From IMG/VR virus record IMGVR_UViG_3300044713_000194, positions 32,001 to 96,000 of that record: 64,000 bases of DNA; one strand, written 5' to 3'. A program made the translations under genes and the position numbers. Every line of letters starts with the position of its first letter. Position 1 is the stretch's first letter. The notes under the pieces are model-generated. The model was not told the DNA's origin, searched no databases, and was given only the letters and a program-made list of their open reading frames with translations. Below are positions 31,301 through 38,487 of the stretch, piece after piece. The DNA comes from a virus.

Positions 31301-34300
31301 ATCTCCACCTCATTACCGAGATACTTCGTTACATCCCCGTATGGGGACGCTTGCTCGCTTTGGGGAGTGTGGTAGCCTTTATCGAATTTCTCTAAAGTCT
31401 TTTCGTAAGCTTGACCACTGGGGTCTTTTTTGCCCTTGTCTGTACGCCAGCGATCGAACTGGAGCGCGTGTGTGCGCTCATGCACCAGCACACCGGTCGC
31501 CTGTTTGACAAAATCGTCCCACCAGCTTGTTCCGTTCGCTGCGGCATCCCCCAGGTACGATCCCAGACCCGGGCTCAACTTCAAAAGGATCGGGTCAGTA
31601 CCCGTCCCCATTGCGTTGTATGCGCCGCCCACTCGGAACTTCAGTGTCCCCGATGCGACAACGGTCGCCGGTGTTCCTTGATAGCGCACCTCAACCGCGT
31701 AATCAAGCGCGGCGCTGATTAGCCGAGCAAACTGATCATCGCTAACCGCTCCGTGCTTAGCCTCGTCGGCAATCCAATCTCGCGCCCGCTCCAACCCCTT
31801 CTTTGCCCACTCTGCATCCGAATCGATCTTTGGGAGGGAGGCATAAACGCTGTGACGGTTCTCATCAAATTTGCCGGAATTATTCACCGACTTAATCTGA
31901 TTGGGCTCAAAGACGGCGAACACCGAAGGGTCGCTAAGATCGATACCGCTCGATGAGATGAACTTTTCACCGGCGACCCACAAGCCGTCGAATCCTTTCG
32001 ACTTTAAATTCTCGCGCCAGCGCTCAAACCAGGCAGTGTCCTTCGCGTGCAGATCGCGAATCTCATTCCAGCGGCTGCTCGTGATCTTGTATGGCCGCCG
32101 CATCCGGAGGTAAACCTCCATCTGATTCTTGCCGAACAATTCGGAGAGATTCGGGTCAGTGGTGAACCAGAAGCCAAACTTGGATGGGCCTGACTGCGAT
32201 TTCGCGCGATCGAAGGTGTCAAATTCCGCATCGGTTCCGTGGATCACCGGCAGCGGGTTGCCTTCGCTGTCCACAATCTGTGAGCCGTTGAACCAGGTGA
32301 TGAATGCTGAAGTATCTGTTACGGGTCCAGCAGACTGCGGCTTAGCCACCTCCCGCTCAGGGGGAGCCGCAGGTGCGGTGGCTGCGGTCTTAACTGCCTT
32401 GCCATTCTCAAACCACTTGATACTTTTGATGGCGCTACGGGGAATATCCGCCTCGATGCGCCGATAGCAATCTCCTTGTTTCTTATGCTCAGGATCGGGC
32501 TGGCTTTCCCCGGCCCATTCGAACGTAACAACCGCGCTCTCTCCGGGCTTGTCGAGTTCGTGCCATGAGATCGACTTACCATACTCGTAAGCGAAACCCG
32601 GCAACGTCGTGCACCACACATACTTCTTGGGGTACCTTGGATTCTTACCGTGCCCGGCTTTGATGCCTTCCTGCGCGATCTTTTCAGCAGCGGCCCAAGT
32701 GGTGCCGTGATAGTAAAGGCGTGTTGTAGACTCCGCTGGTGCCTCCACTGCGGCGGTCACCTTGTTGCTCTCCGGATCGAAGGTCCCCACATTGCCTTCA
32801 GCGTCTACGATCTGGGAGCCGGAGAACCAGGCCTTGAAGGCCGGGCTCCCGGTGACCGGTGCGCCTGGTGTTTTGACGGCGGCAATCTTGGTTTCCGCAA
32901 GCAAACGACCGTAATCCACATCCATGATCTTTTTTGCTTTTGCGACTGGAACCTCTTCGCCGCCGATCAGGTAGCGCGTATTGCCGGGGCCGAAAACCTT
33001 CTCGCGAATTTGAAGCGGGCCACTTCCTTCTAGGGCTCCCCGTAACAGGTGTACCCCACGGGCCTTCAACTCCTTCTTCGCCATTTGGTACAGCTTCAGA
33101 GCAATGCCTTGGCGTTGGTAGTTTCCCTTGACATCGACAGCCATCACCGTCGCCGAGCCTGGGTTGCGGTAGTCGATCTGGAGGAGACCTACGCGAGGGA
33201 TGCCGTCCTCATCGTCGGAATCCATATCAAACGCGGCCAGGTCGAAACCATTCGGACGGCGGGTGATACCATATTGAAGCGATTCTTTAGATTCTGTGGT
33301 TGAGGCCTCTTTCGGAATTCCCGCGTCAACGTCGCGCGTTACAACCGAGATATTCGACGGCGGAATGGTTGTCCCGACCACCAGTTCGTAGTCGGCGGTA
33401 GTCTTTAGCAACTGCGCGTCGGATGGGACACTGACCTTAAGCAGCGCCAACCTGGTTTCCTCTCCGAACTGCTCACCCAACCAGTTGTCAAGGGCAGTCT
33501 CCACTGCCTCCACATCACGGAATAGATAAATAGCGCCCAATGGCTCGCCCAGTGCACGGGACCGTGGCCCCTGCTTTGGTACCAGCCCCTCGGTCATAAT
33601 CCGCTTAAGGTTCCGCGCCGGTGTAATGTGGTACCCAATACGCGAGGCCTGACCAGGGGTAATCACGGAGGCCGTCTTCGACTCACCCACGGGGAAGCGT
33701 CCGGATTTCTTGATCTCCTTCATCATCGAGCGGATTTCACGCATCGTTCCGTACAAAGGGAACCGCTCATGATTGCCAATGAAGTCGCGGCGGAATTCTT
33801 CCGGCAGCCAGGGACCCTTGAGATCGTATTGCCCAGGGGCCATGCCGAAGTCGTGGGCCATCTCGTCGAGCGTCCGCTTGCCCTTCACATCGAAGTCACC
33901 CTGGCCGGGGACGCGGCAAAAGGCATGTGTTATTTCGTACGGTATCCCGTCATCCCACGCCTTTCCATCGGGATTCGATAGGGCGTACACCTTCGCGCCG
34001 GGGTTCAGCAGACCAAGGGCGACGGCAAAAACGCCGCATTCTTTGCTCTCGCGAATATCGTGATCGAGGGCGGAGGCCGACTTCTTTGTCTCCTCGGCAG
34101 GAACGACCGCCAAAATTTCAAGCTTCGACGGATCGAAGACACCCAGATTCACGTGTCCTTCCCCCGTTTCAAGGAAGGAGTCGTAACCGTTCGCCTTCAT
34201 CCAACGCACGAATTCGGGGCTCTGCGTCGCATCCCAATTCCGCTGCGCGAGCGCCTTCATGTATCCTTCAGGATCTTCACTGCCGTCCGGCCAAATCTCA

Positions 34301-34629
34301 TCGGCACAGATGGCGTCGTAGACTTTCTTCCCGAGGGCCGGATAGGTTTTAGGGTCGAGGTAGTACCGCTGGCTGTAATCAAGCAGGGTATCCCCATCAA
34401 AGGTGTTGCTTACGTCGGCGCGGACGGTGTAAACCCACCCGTGGAAGCCAGCATGTGCTCGTGCAAAGCCTAGATCGGGTGTGAGAAAGATCGGCTGCTC
34501 TGCGATCTCCCGGGTAACGCCCCCCTTTGACGTGGTCTTGAACTGGTCGAAGCGATGGTGCGAGCCGTGGTACCACGTCCGTGCTGCCGCATCGTTACCA
34601 GGTTTTGGAAGCAGCCGGTCCAATCGCAA
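25354..34629 (-). CDS. giant polyvalent protein: several ADP-ribosyltransferase-like modules, papain-like C-H-D, two GNAT, zincin, 2H phosphoesterase, ParB/Srx, SprT
   Basis: 3091 aa; motifs YHG/HGT, LYRG..SWS..QAE, QRQGIA, RGTGLG, HERTH, HVT..HCT, LDGNHR, HELAH, DEVQTD. Confidence 0.85.
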   Translation of the reverse strand: MRLDRLLPKPGNDAAARTWYHGSHHRFDQFKTTSKGGVTREIAEQPIFLTPDLGFARAHAGFHGWVYTVRADVSNTFDGDTLLDYSQRYYLDPKTYPALGKKVYDAICADEIWPDGSEDPEGYMKALAQRNWDATQSPEFVRWMKANGYDSFLETGEGHVNLGVFDPSKLEILAVVPAEETKKSASALDHDIRESKECGVFAVALGLLNPGAKVYALSNPDGKAWDDGIPYEITHAFCRVPGQGDFDVKGKRTLDEMAHDFGMAPGQYDLKGPWLPEEFRRDFIGNHERFPLYGTMREIRSMMKEIKKSGRFPVGESKTASVITPGQASRIGYHITPARNLKRIMTEGLVPKQGPRSRALGEPLGAIYLFRDVEAVETALDNWLGEQFGEETRLALLKVSVPSDAQLLKTTADYELVVGTTIPPSNISVVTRDVDAGIPKEASTTESKESLQYGITRRPNGFDLAAFDMDSDDEDGIPRVGLLQIDYRNPGSATVMAVDVKGNYQRQGIALKLYQMAKKELKARGVHLLRGALEGSGPLQIREKVFGPGNTRYLIGGEEVPVAKAKKIMDVDYGRLLAETKIAAVKTPGAPVTGSPAFKAWFSGSQIVDAEGNVGTFDPESNKVTAAVEAPAESTTRLYYHGTTWAAAEKIAQEGIKAGHGKNPRYPKKYVWCTTLPGFAYEYGKSISWHELDKPGESAVVTFEWAGESQPDPEHKKQGDCYRRIEADIPRSAIKSIKWFENGKAVKTAATAPAAPPEREVAKPQSAGPVTDTSAFITWFNGSQIVDSEGNPLPVIHGTDAEFDTFDRAKSQSGPSKFGFWFTTDPNLSELFGKNQMEVYLRMRRPYKITSSRWNEIRDLHAKDTAWFERWRENLKSKGFDGLWVAGEKFISSSGIDLSDPSVFAVFEPNQIKSVNNSGKFDENRHSVYASLPKIDSDAEWAKKGLERARDWIADEAKHGAVSDDQFARLISAALDYAVEVRYQGTPATVVASGTLKFRVGGAYNAMGTGTDPILLKLSPGLGSYLGDAAANGTSWWDDFVKQATGVLVHERTHALQFDRWRTDKGKKDPSGQAYEKTLEKFDKGYHTPQSEQASPYGDVTKYLGNEVEIAAFARQAVHDFRESGMEDREVYIWIRRKGGWDILSRKSNAFQSYYRIYLFNPTVGAPIFRKFLTNVVRALKEDETAPISREDFELGEELAPSHFSDKPNRWNLNRRKGPKAAAFDDDGTPKTKYDKVCYEIANDDDLWNLITSYVQHPDILSESPLTDKLVALIKTVPTLTPNPWAADPEDKCLYRGEPYYSGADSYYHDGKAVWTGSHFPLLSWSANYKTAAGFADGPNGIVWKTVGKVQGVALESLVTWRMRVRQGESHYSGMQAEWFVLSNCKAVEARRPQHYASKQAELKQPPTPISELELRITNDGPMFDLVAELRNEPAEIRHVGGCSVYRTRYDGQKAFRLRYIGVDSKWRGTGLGQILYDKAIAEAKKRGAKFFLSDDQRQPTDERAWDHLKQRYPVSFDERLNRYVIPLDATQKRANAPAKVSYGTVQADLPEDSAANEAIEEVRDQIDVTDLAGMGARVGKNHVTVRYGVKFEDTSAIEAYLGTVPPMQAKLGSTASFPPSESSDNAAVIIAPVECPELFEVNDYLGRQGDRTNGHWFTEPNFDYKPHCTIAYVKPGAEAKYVGLDTTKGKSFTIREVTVITPSKERKVITLNGTIAKTADGPTQDQDWMGQPGDITETQAFKAWFAGSKVVDDHRRPLRVYHGTNAYFDTFDPDKGERASDSPVDNIAGVSWFASNPEVATYFGGWRDGARLMPVYLALKDPRIVDLAKMPDEFRGEYFNLRNKTVYDIRYVKGREIESAKKQGNDGVIFENGYDGTPASGNIYAVFSANQIKSAIGNNGDFNPEKASITASKNKIYYHSTGVADVIRREGFRPSVGGELGPGVYVSEQPMHPHFKKHENHQILSLSIGDVRLLTINAESPNTPLAILEKLYGRKKGAEFYDTHRAEIWSDPRGEPNWAFLDRIIQETGFGGIKAEGSITPRNIVIFDPKQVHVLDVPSIESPASEPKLAASKKAGRRLGEIFAIATTETLPLTDPQKFDFFNSTDKGKVTSLSKSLEEGRELSPILVAKRRNGHYLVLDGNHRLQAALNAKKAEIEAYVVTWADLKKVLNAYFDGEIPPEASELDDYILLNDENLEPYSKRAHIAAEQVNWRPILTELMAVLQPGLETPEVKIVNRPSAGWLGCDVWKFGQQQNGDPHGALNTTIELQKSIMSDENTVRRVLAHELAHHEDNLVNKWKELEEKGYKLFKIRQQYDFTKGHGPSWLAIAARFNAKYGEGFVTPHSDESYVVDESVIKPFFVLMHRYVNGKLMWAHASRLSPKMEKRITEIVEHKNPGSYRYKLFKTNDRFYLKSPTIGLSGSAYPQNEEQTAKVEKLWEEGEDIIGRYAPSSKVAAKKEPHEVPKTQYLSENQPCSVSMDLYGKLRGARNGQIIGTLGDFLQGKALRDLYRKALNVPIMALNKAVENGRVVDNKDYIFHGALGSYQGKMTIFMNPQSQDQMTTILEEGAHACRVSLGRQDPKQNFETITQEEHDSITGEQTAAKMVQHALELIKKHPTWDHASAMFKAIDKGIEPYAGWENDYPQLVTYRKKKQESPDGVVENLHPDADKTASIPNQLHIPDRPLTQEYDAIRRVYQWYGDNNVDSLPWARFQKQFQQIAQKYTPLLNEIRHNRPVVTREDLAQWLESYHETAAPDYEVSFDRYHAGENSFRDVEQLVLQINQGANAESILAEDPVLEQYVDMVRQSSTMSGHPSGDKTVGWLRVDFVNEHYLLVDEVQTDLVNSVTQAKAIVESRTFAEFMEKVQSEKIREAIREKGIDAARFTQVRRSFIAQGYTAEKLDEIKDKLTHLFKDWASHALSTLLEIARRHGIKHVALHTVDSIAARDQAVEPGKVKMYYDNLAKSFGFKQQDLNAGPLKGKFWVRTASHLPEDDVRRIADKSPEYGEEGAKMAASKEISAQLRAIDKVNPEFGEKIAAALNASPWKRYYTFSVETLADGTYLMVDKRFRQSDMLGIVNWMSGFSAGLAAK

Positions 34630-34783
34630 TCTCCAGGGGCATAACGGTTAATACTTCGGCGTGGTTGTGAAGTCTCCCCAAATGCCCCACTAAAGAGCCA
34701 AAAAGTCTTATGCGATCAAGGCGCAGGGTTTACAGACCACTTCGATATGTCCATAGAGGGGTTTAAAAGTCAGTTTCCCGGCG

Positions 34784-35638
34784 TCATCCGAGAATCCATC
34801 TGTTTTGTCTCAATCCAGACGAGCAGGGGCGGTTAGCGGTGAGGTTGACGGCCCACTCCTGAAACTCGGATTTGTAGGACTCGGCCAGGGATTGGTACGT
34901 GGCCGATTTGTTGATGTCGAGCGAAACGCCGTTGAGGGAGTAGCCAAATTCCTCCTCGGCCCATCGGGCTGCTTCTTTGCCCAGGCAATGGCCCGCCGCG
35001 CCGACTGCCGCCGCATCGGCCCATACGTCGGGGGCGTTCTCCAGCCTGTATTCGGTCCAGTTCATCGGGTTCCAAGTATTCAACTGGCTAATGGACAGGC
35101 GGAGCATGCGAGTTATGGTTGAATCGGTCCAGATGTAGCCGACCCGTGTGTTGAATCCCGCGACGACTTTACCCGGCGTCGGCGGACGGAAGTGATAATT
35201 ACGGTCCGGGTTCTCATCGGAAAGAAGCTCGCGGACTGTCATGATGTGGCGAGCAATCTTGGGGCTGAGGCCCGGCTTAGAGGTCATCAGAACGGAGGGC
35301 GCTTCAAAACTCGTCTGCGCGGGATCTATACGAACGACTTCGAACTCTTCGTACACCTGACGCTCTTGATCGTTGGGGTACTGAACGACGTACCAGACCA
35401 GGTCGTATCTGCCGTCCCAATTTGAAGGGATCGTGAGATTGACGTAGTAGGTGCCGTTCCCGGCGCGAGCCGGTACCTGCTTGGGCGGACTGGCCAACGT
35501 GCGGACATTGGTAGCCGGGTCAACCGAAAAAATTGAGTAGGAAATGTAAGCGGGATCGACGAAGTAGCCGCGCTCATCGCGTAAATTGATGCCCAGATCG
35601 CCTGGGGCCAGGGTCTTGCCTTGGTTGATAACAATCAT
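34784..35638 (-). CDS. head completion / adaptor-like structural protein
   Basis: 284 aa; N-terminal Ig-like part and helical C-terminus; AGGAG RBS. Confidence 0.55.
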   Translation of the reverse strand: MIVINQGKTLAPGDLGINLRDERGYFVDPAYISYSIFSVDPATNVRTLASPPKQVPARAGNGTYYVNLTIPSNWDGRYDLVWYVVQYPNDQERQVYEEFEVVRIDPAQTSFEAPSVLMTSKPGLSPKIARHIMTVRELLSDENPDRNYHFRPPTPGKVVAGFNTRVGYIWTDSTITRMLRLSISQLNTWNPMNWTEYRLENAPDVWADAAAVGAAGHCLGKEAARWAEEEFGYSLNGVSLDINKSATYQSLAESYKSEFQEWAVNLTANRPCSSGLRQNRWILG

Positions 35639-35749
35639 TCCGGCTCCTAGGAGAATCGGGGGAAGCCCTGCCGGGGGCGCTAAATCCCCGGCCCGGACAT
35701 CCCCTACAAAGGGCCTGATAGCCGAAATAAAGAATTTTGCGCGATCCTC

Positions 35750-35778
35750 GCAACTTTCACGCGTAGATTACGTCCAAG
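35750..35778 (+). promoter_or_regulatory. tRNA-array promoter 1 (ECF-like GCAAC-N16-CGTCCAAG)
   Basis: Same motif and spacing before all three arrays. Confidence 0.75.
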
Positions 35779-35783
35779 GAGAT

Positions 35784-35888
35784 GTGAAACATTTATTGTC
35801 GAGTTCGCTATCCCTCTCATCGCTGTGCTATTTGCTCAGCGGTACGGGTTCGCGTGCTGGAAAGCGGGACGGTTACGATTACTACTAA
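35784..35888 (+). CDS. attenuator leader peptide 1 (MKHLLSSSLSLSSLCYLLSGTGSRAGKRDGYDYY)
   Basis: 16 consecutive Leu/Ser/Cys/Tyr codons that match the downstream tRNAs; GTG start possibly leaderless. Confidence 0.8.
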   Translation: MKHLLSSSLSLSSLCYLLSGTGSRAGKRDGYDYY

Positions 35889-35913
35889 CCACCGCTGACA
35901 AGCAGGAAACGCG

Positions 35914-35944
35914 AACCCCACCAGAAATGGTGGGGTTTTGCTTT
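35914..35944 (+). terminator. attenuator terminator 1
   Basis: AACCCCACCA-GAAA-TGGTGGGGTT-TTGCTTT; 5' arm competes with 35846-35855. Confidence 0.85.
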
Positions 35945-35946
35945 GT

Positions 35947-36032
35947 GCGGGCATGGCTGGAATTGGCAGACGCGACGGTCCCAAACACCGTTGTCCCTGG
36001 ACGTGGGGGTTCGACTCCCTCTGCCCGCACCA
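35947..36032 (+). tRNA. tRNA-Leu(CAA), C33
   Basis: Cloverleaf, loop CC-CAA-AC, variable arm, CCA. Confidence 0.85.
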
Positions 36033-36047
36033 ACATATTTAGTACGT

Positions 36048-36136
36048 GCACACGTGGGTGAGCGGCTAAAACCACCTGTCTGTAAAACAGGCGCTCCATG
36101 CGGGCTACGCAGGTTCAAATCCTGCCGGGTGCACCA
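36048..36136 (+). tRNA. tRNA-Tyr(GTA)
   Basis: CCTGT-CTGTAAA-ACAGG; CCA. Confidence 0.9.
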
Positions 36137-36154
36137 GGTTTTGTTTTGCAATGA

Positions 36155-36229
36155 GTGTCGGAACCTAATCGGCTAAGGAATGGTCTGCAAAACCATATTT
36201 GGCGGGTTCGACTCCCGCTCGACACTCCA
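36155..36229 (+). tRNA. tRNA-Cys(GCA)
   Basis: ATGGT-CTGCAAA-ACCAT; U73; CCA. Confidence 0.9.
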
Positions 36230-36249
36230 TTAGTTTTGATTTGAAATGT

Positions 36250-36334
36250 CGGGACGTGGCGGAATTGGTAGACGCGCAGGCTTGAGGTGCCTGTGTCCTT
36301 GGACGTAAGGGTTCGACTCCCTTCGTCCCGACCA
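36250..36334 (+). tRNA. tRNA-Leu(GAG)
   Basis: CAGGC-TTGAGGT-GCCTG; CCA. Confidence 0.9.
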
Positions 36335-36340
36335 TCGAGA

Positions 36341-36452
36341 TTGTGTACTGATCCTCGTGAAACGAGGCGCTGGCCGAACCCCCAGTGGACTGGACGAGAG
36401 TTGTGGCAGGCGAATTGACGCCAAGACGTTAGCGTACTCCGGTCGTACACAA
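36341..36452 (+). ncRNA. unknown multibranch RNA between tRNAs
   Basis: Closing helix TTGTGTAC/GTACACAA with internal hairpins (CCTCGT-GAA-ACGAGG). Confidence 0.45.
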
Positions 36453-36465
36453 AATTCAGTTATGT

Positions 36466-36554
36466 GCCCGCGTGGCGGAATTGGCAGACGCGCACGGTTC
36501 AGGTCCGTGAGGCCCTTCGGGGCCGTGGAGGTTCAAGTCCTCTCGTGGGCACCA
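36466..36554 (+). tRNA. tRNA-Leu(CAG)
   Basis: CACGG-TTCAGGT-CCGTG; CCA. Confidence 0.92.
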
Positions 36555-36662
36555 TGAGGTTCAAAGCGTTGAAACGTGAACTACGAGTTGTCAACTCACA
36601 AGTTGTCTAGTCATACATAGTCAAGTCGTACGTTGGTGCCTATGTATAGATAGTCGGGCCAT

Positions 36663-36751
36663 GGGGGCGTAGCAAAATGGCAAAGCGCCGGTCTTAGAAA
36701 CCGGAGGAGGTAACCCCTTCATTGCGAGTTCGACTCTCGCCGCCCCCACCA
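36663..36751 (+). tRNA. tRNA-Leu(TAG)
   Basis: CCGGT-CTTAGAA-ACCGG; CCA. Confidence 0.85.
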
Positions 36752-36903
36752 CAAGTTCATGCTGTCGCGCGATCGCAAGTGTTTCGTGCGTCCACAAGCA
36801 AATAGTGTTGTGCGATTGCAAGCTTTTCATGTTGTGCGTTGGTTAGCTTTTAGCGTCAAGGTCTGATGGTTTCGAGAAGAAATCCGACGGTACCTGACGA
36901 CGA

Positions 36904-36981
36904 GCCCGAGTGAAGGGAAATGGCAGACCTCCCCGCCTTAAGATCGGGGGCTTGTCGGTTCGAAGCCGACCTCGGGCACCA
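36904..36981 (+). tRNA. tRNA-Leu(TAA), short variable arm
   Basis: Loop CT-TAA-GA; GCCCGAG/CTCGGGC acceptor; CCA. Confidence 0.8.
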
Positions 36982-36992
36982 AAATCTGAAAC

Positions 36993-37080
36993 GGTGAGTT
37001 GGGAGAGAGGCTGATTCCAGCGGATTGCTAATCCGCCGAGCCTTCGGGCTCCGCGAGTTCGAATCTCGCACTCACCGCCA
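36993..37080 (+). tRNA. tRNA-Ser(GCT)
   Basis: GCGGA-TTGCTAA-TCCGC; long variable arm. Confidence 0.92.
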
Positions 37081-37190
37081 TATTTGCTGTGCAGCAAATA
37101 TTACCGTTTAGGAGGCCTTGAGCCCTTAATCGGTAAAATGTTGCCTATTAACGAGGAATGTGTGAAGCTCCCGCCTCGTTAATGAATCAA

Positions 37191-37285
37191 GGTGTCGTGC
37201 GTGAGAGACTGAAACGACTCGCTTGGAAAGCGAGCAGCCCGGCTGAAACCCGGGCTCCTGGGTTTGAATCCCAGCGACACCGCCA
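37191..37285 (+). tRNA. tRNA-Ser(GGA)
   Basis: CTCGC-TTGGAAA-GCGAG. Confidence 0.88.
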
Positions 37286-37343
37286 ATTTGTCCCCATACA
37301 TGGGGCGTTAATCGGCTTTAAAGGGCTATATATGGGTATTTAC

Positions 37344-37438
37344 GGTGGGGTGGCAGAGCCCGCTTTATTGCACCGGTCTCGAAAATCGGCGTGGCCGTGA
37401 TCCGGCTACCGTGGGTTGAAATCCCACCCCCACCGCCA
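37344..37438 (+). tRNA. tRNA-Ser(CGA)
   Basis: CCGGT-CTCGAAA-ATCGG. Confidence 0.85.
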
Positions 37439-37489
37439 GCTTGGTGCACGAATCGTAGCTCAGCTACGACGTATAGAATCGTTTCAAAC

Positions 37490-37577
37490 GGAGGGCTGCC
37501 GGAGTGGTTTATCGGGCCGGTCTTGAAAACCGTTGAGCCTTCGGGCTCCGTGGGTTCGAATCCCACGCCCTCCTCCA
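37490..37577 (+). tRNA. tRNA-Ser(TGA)
   Basis: CCGGT-CTTGAAA-ACCGT. Confidence 0.9.
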
Positions 37578-37579
37578 TC

Positions 37580-37867
37580 TCAGTTCGTGAGGCAGATGGC
37601 AATGACCGCCAGGATGAGCCCGACCCAACGCCTGGCGCTCATGGGCTCGTGGAAATATAGCGAGCCAAGTGTTACCCCGATGACTATTGTGCCCAAAGAC
37701 CAAAGGATTGCAACGCGCCCGAACGCCGCGTCTCGATAGAGGAACCAGGCCGGGATGGCCGACAGCGAATAAAGAGTCATTCCTAAAATGAAGCCGCGAT
37801 TCTTCAGAACGCAATCCGCCCACTGCGCAATCAACAACTGAACGATGAGATAGAAAGCGATCCACAT
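37580..37867 (-). CDS. small multi-TM membrane protein (SMR/EamA-like)
   Basis: Four hydrophobic segments; YFHEPMS..RWVGL. Confidence 0.65.
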   Translation of the reverse strand: MWIAFYLIVQLLIAQWADCVLKNRGFILGMTLYSLSAIPAWFLYRDAAFGRVAILWSLGTIVIGVTLGSLYFHEPMSARRWVGLILAVIAICLTN

Positions 37868-37875
37868 TTCGGAAA

Positions 37876-38085
37876 CTACCCGTCCCTTTTAACTTTGCGT
37901 ATCGCCGGGCCGGTCTTCTCGCGGTCCTCACAGATCAACTCGTGGATTGTGCTGCCAGGCCCACAACAAGGCGCACAGTGGTCCATGCCGATCTCTCCAT
38001 GACACGGACAGTGGCACTCGATCATGCATTGGCACGGAGGTCCAAGCAGCGAGTTGAATTCGAGACATCCTCGACTGAAGCACAT
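37876..38085 (-). CDS. small Cys/His-rich protein
   Basis: Multiple CxC motifs. Confidence 0.45.
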   Translation of the reverse strand: MCFSRGCLEFNSLLGPPCQCMIECHCPCHGEIGMDHCAPCCGPGSTIHELICEDREKTGPAIRKVKRDG

Positions 38086-38090
38086 AGGCG

Positions 38091-38411
38091 TTACTTTGAC
38101 AGGTCGCCCGCGTTGTCTTCGAGCCCGGTTACGACCGTCGCGCGTTCAAGATCTCCGGCCTCCGCCTTGGCACCGTGATCGCTCTGGAAGATGTCGAGGA
38201 AGTGAGACATGAGCTTGCCCCAGAGCTTCCCTTCCGTCGCCGCGCGGGCACTGTGAGAGGAGATTGTTTCGTCTGGAGCGCCATTGAATATAACGACGTT
38301 GCAAAGCTGATCGAAGGCCACTAGAGCGCGGAGGATGTAGTTCTCGCGTCCGGCCTGCTGTTCCTGGGTGGCGGTCTGCTGCGGTGAAAGCGGGGTGATT
38401 CCTGAATCCAT
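38091..38411 (-). CDS. hypothetical phage protein (DQ..N...PDETISS)
   Basis: GGAGG RBS. Confidence 0.7.
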   Translation of the reverse strand: MDSGITPLSPQQTATQEQQAGRENYILRALVAFDQLCNVVIFNGAPDETISSHSARAATEGKLWGKLMSHFLDIFQSDHGAKAEAGDLERATVVTGLEDNAGDLSK

Positions 38412-38487
38412 AGGACCCTCCGCTTAAGGGTCCAAAAGACCATCTTTAGTAATCCGGGTCGGCTGGGCGGATGCGGTATTACCCCTT

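Noticed and set aside
35784-35944. T-box riboswitch explanation for the array leaders
   Set aside because: No T-box UGGNACC antiterminator bulge or stem I seen; the open reading frames with matched codons fit ribosome-mediated attenuation.
36341-36380. Hammerhead ribozyme (CTGAT...GAAA)
   Set aside because: The CUGAnGA core is not intact (CTGATCC).
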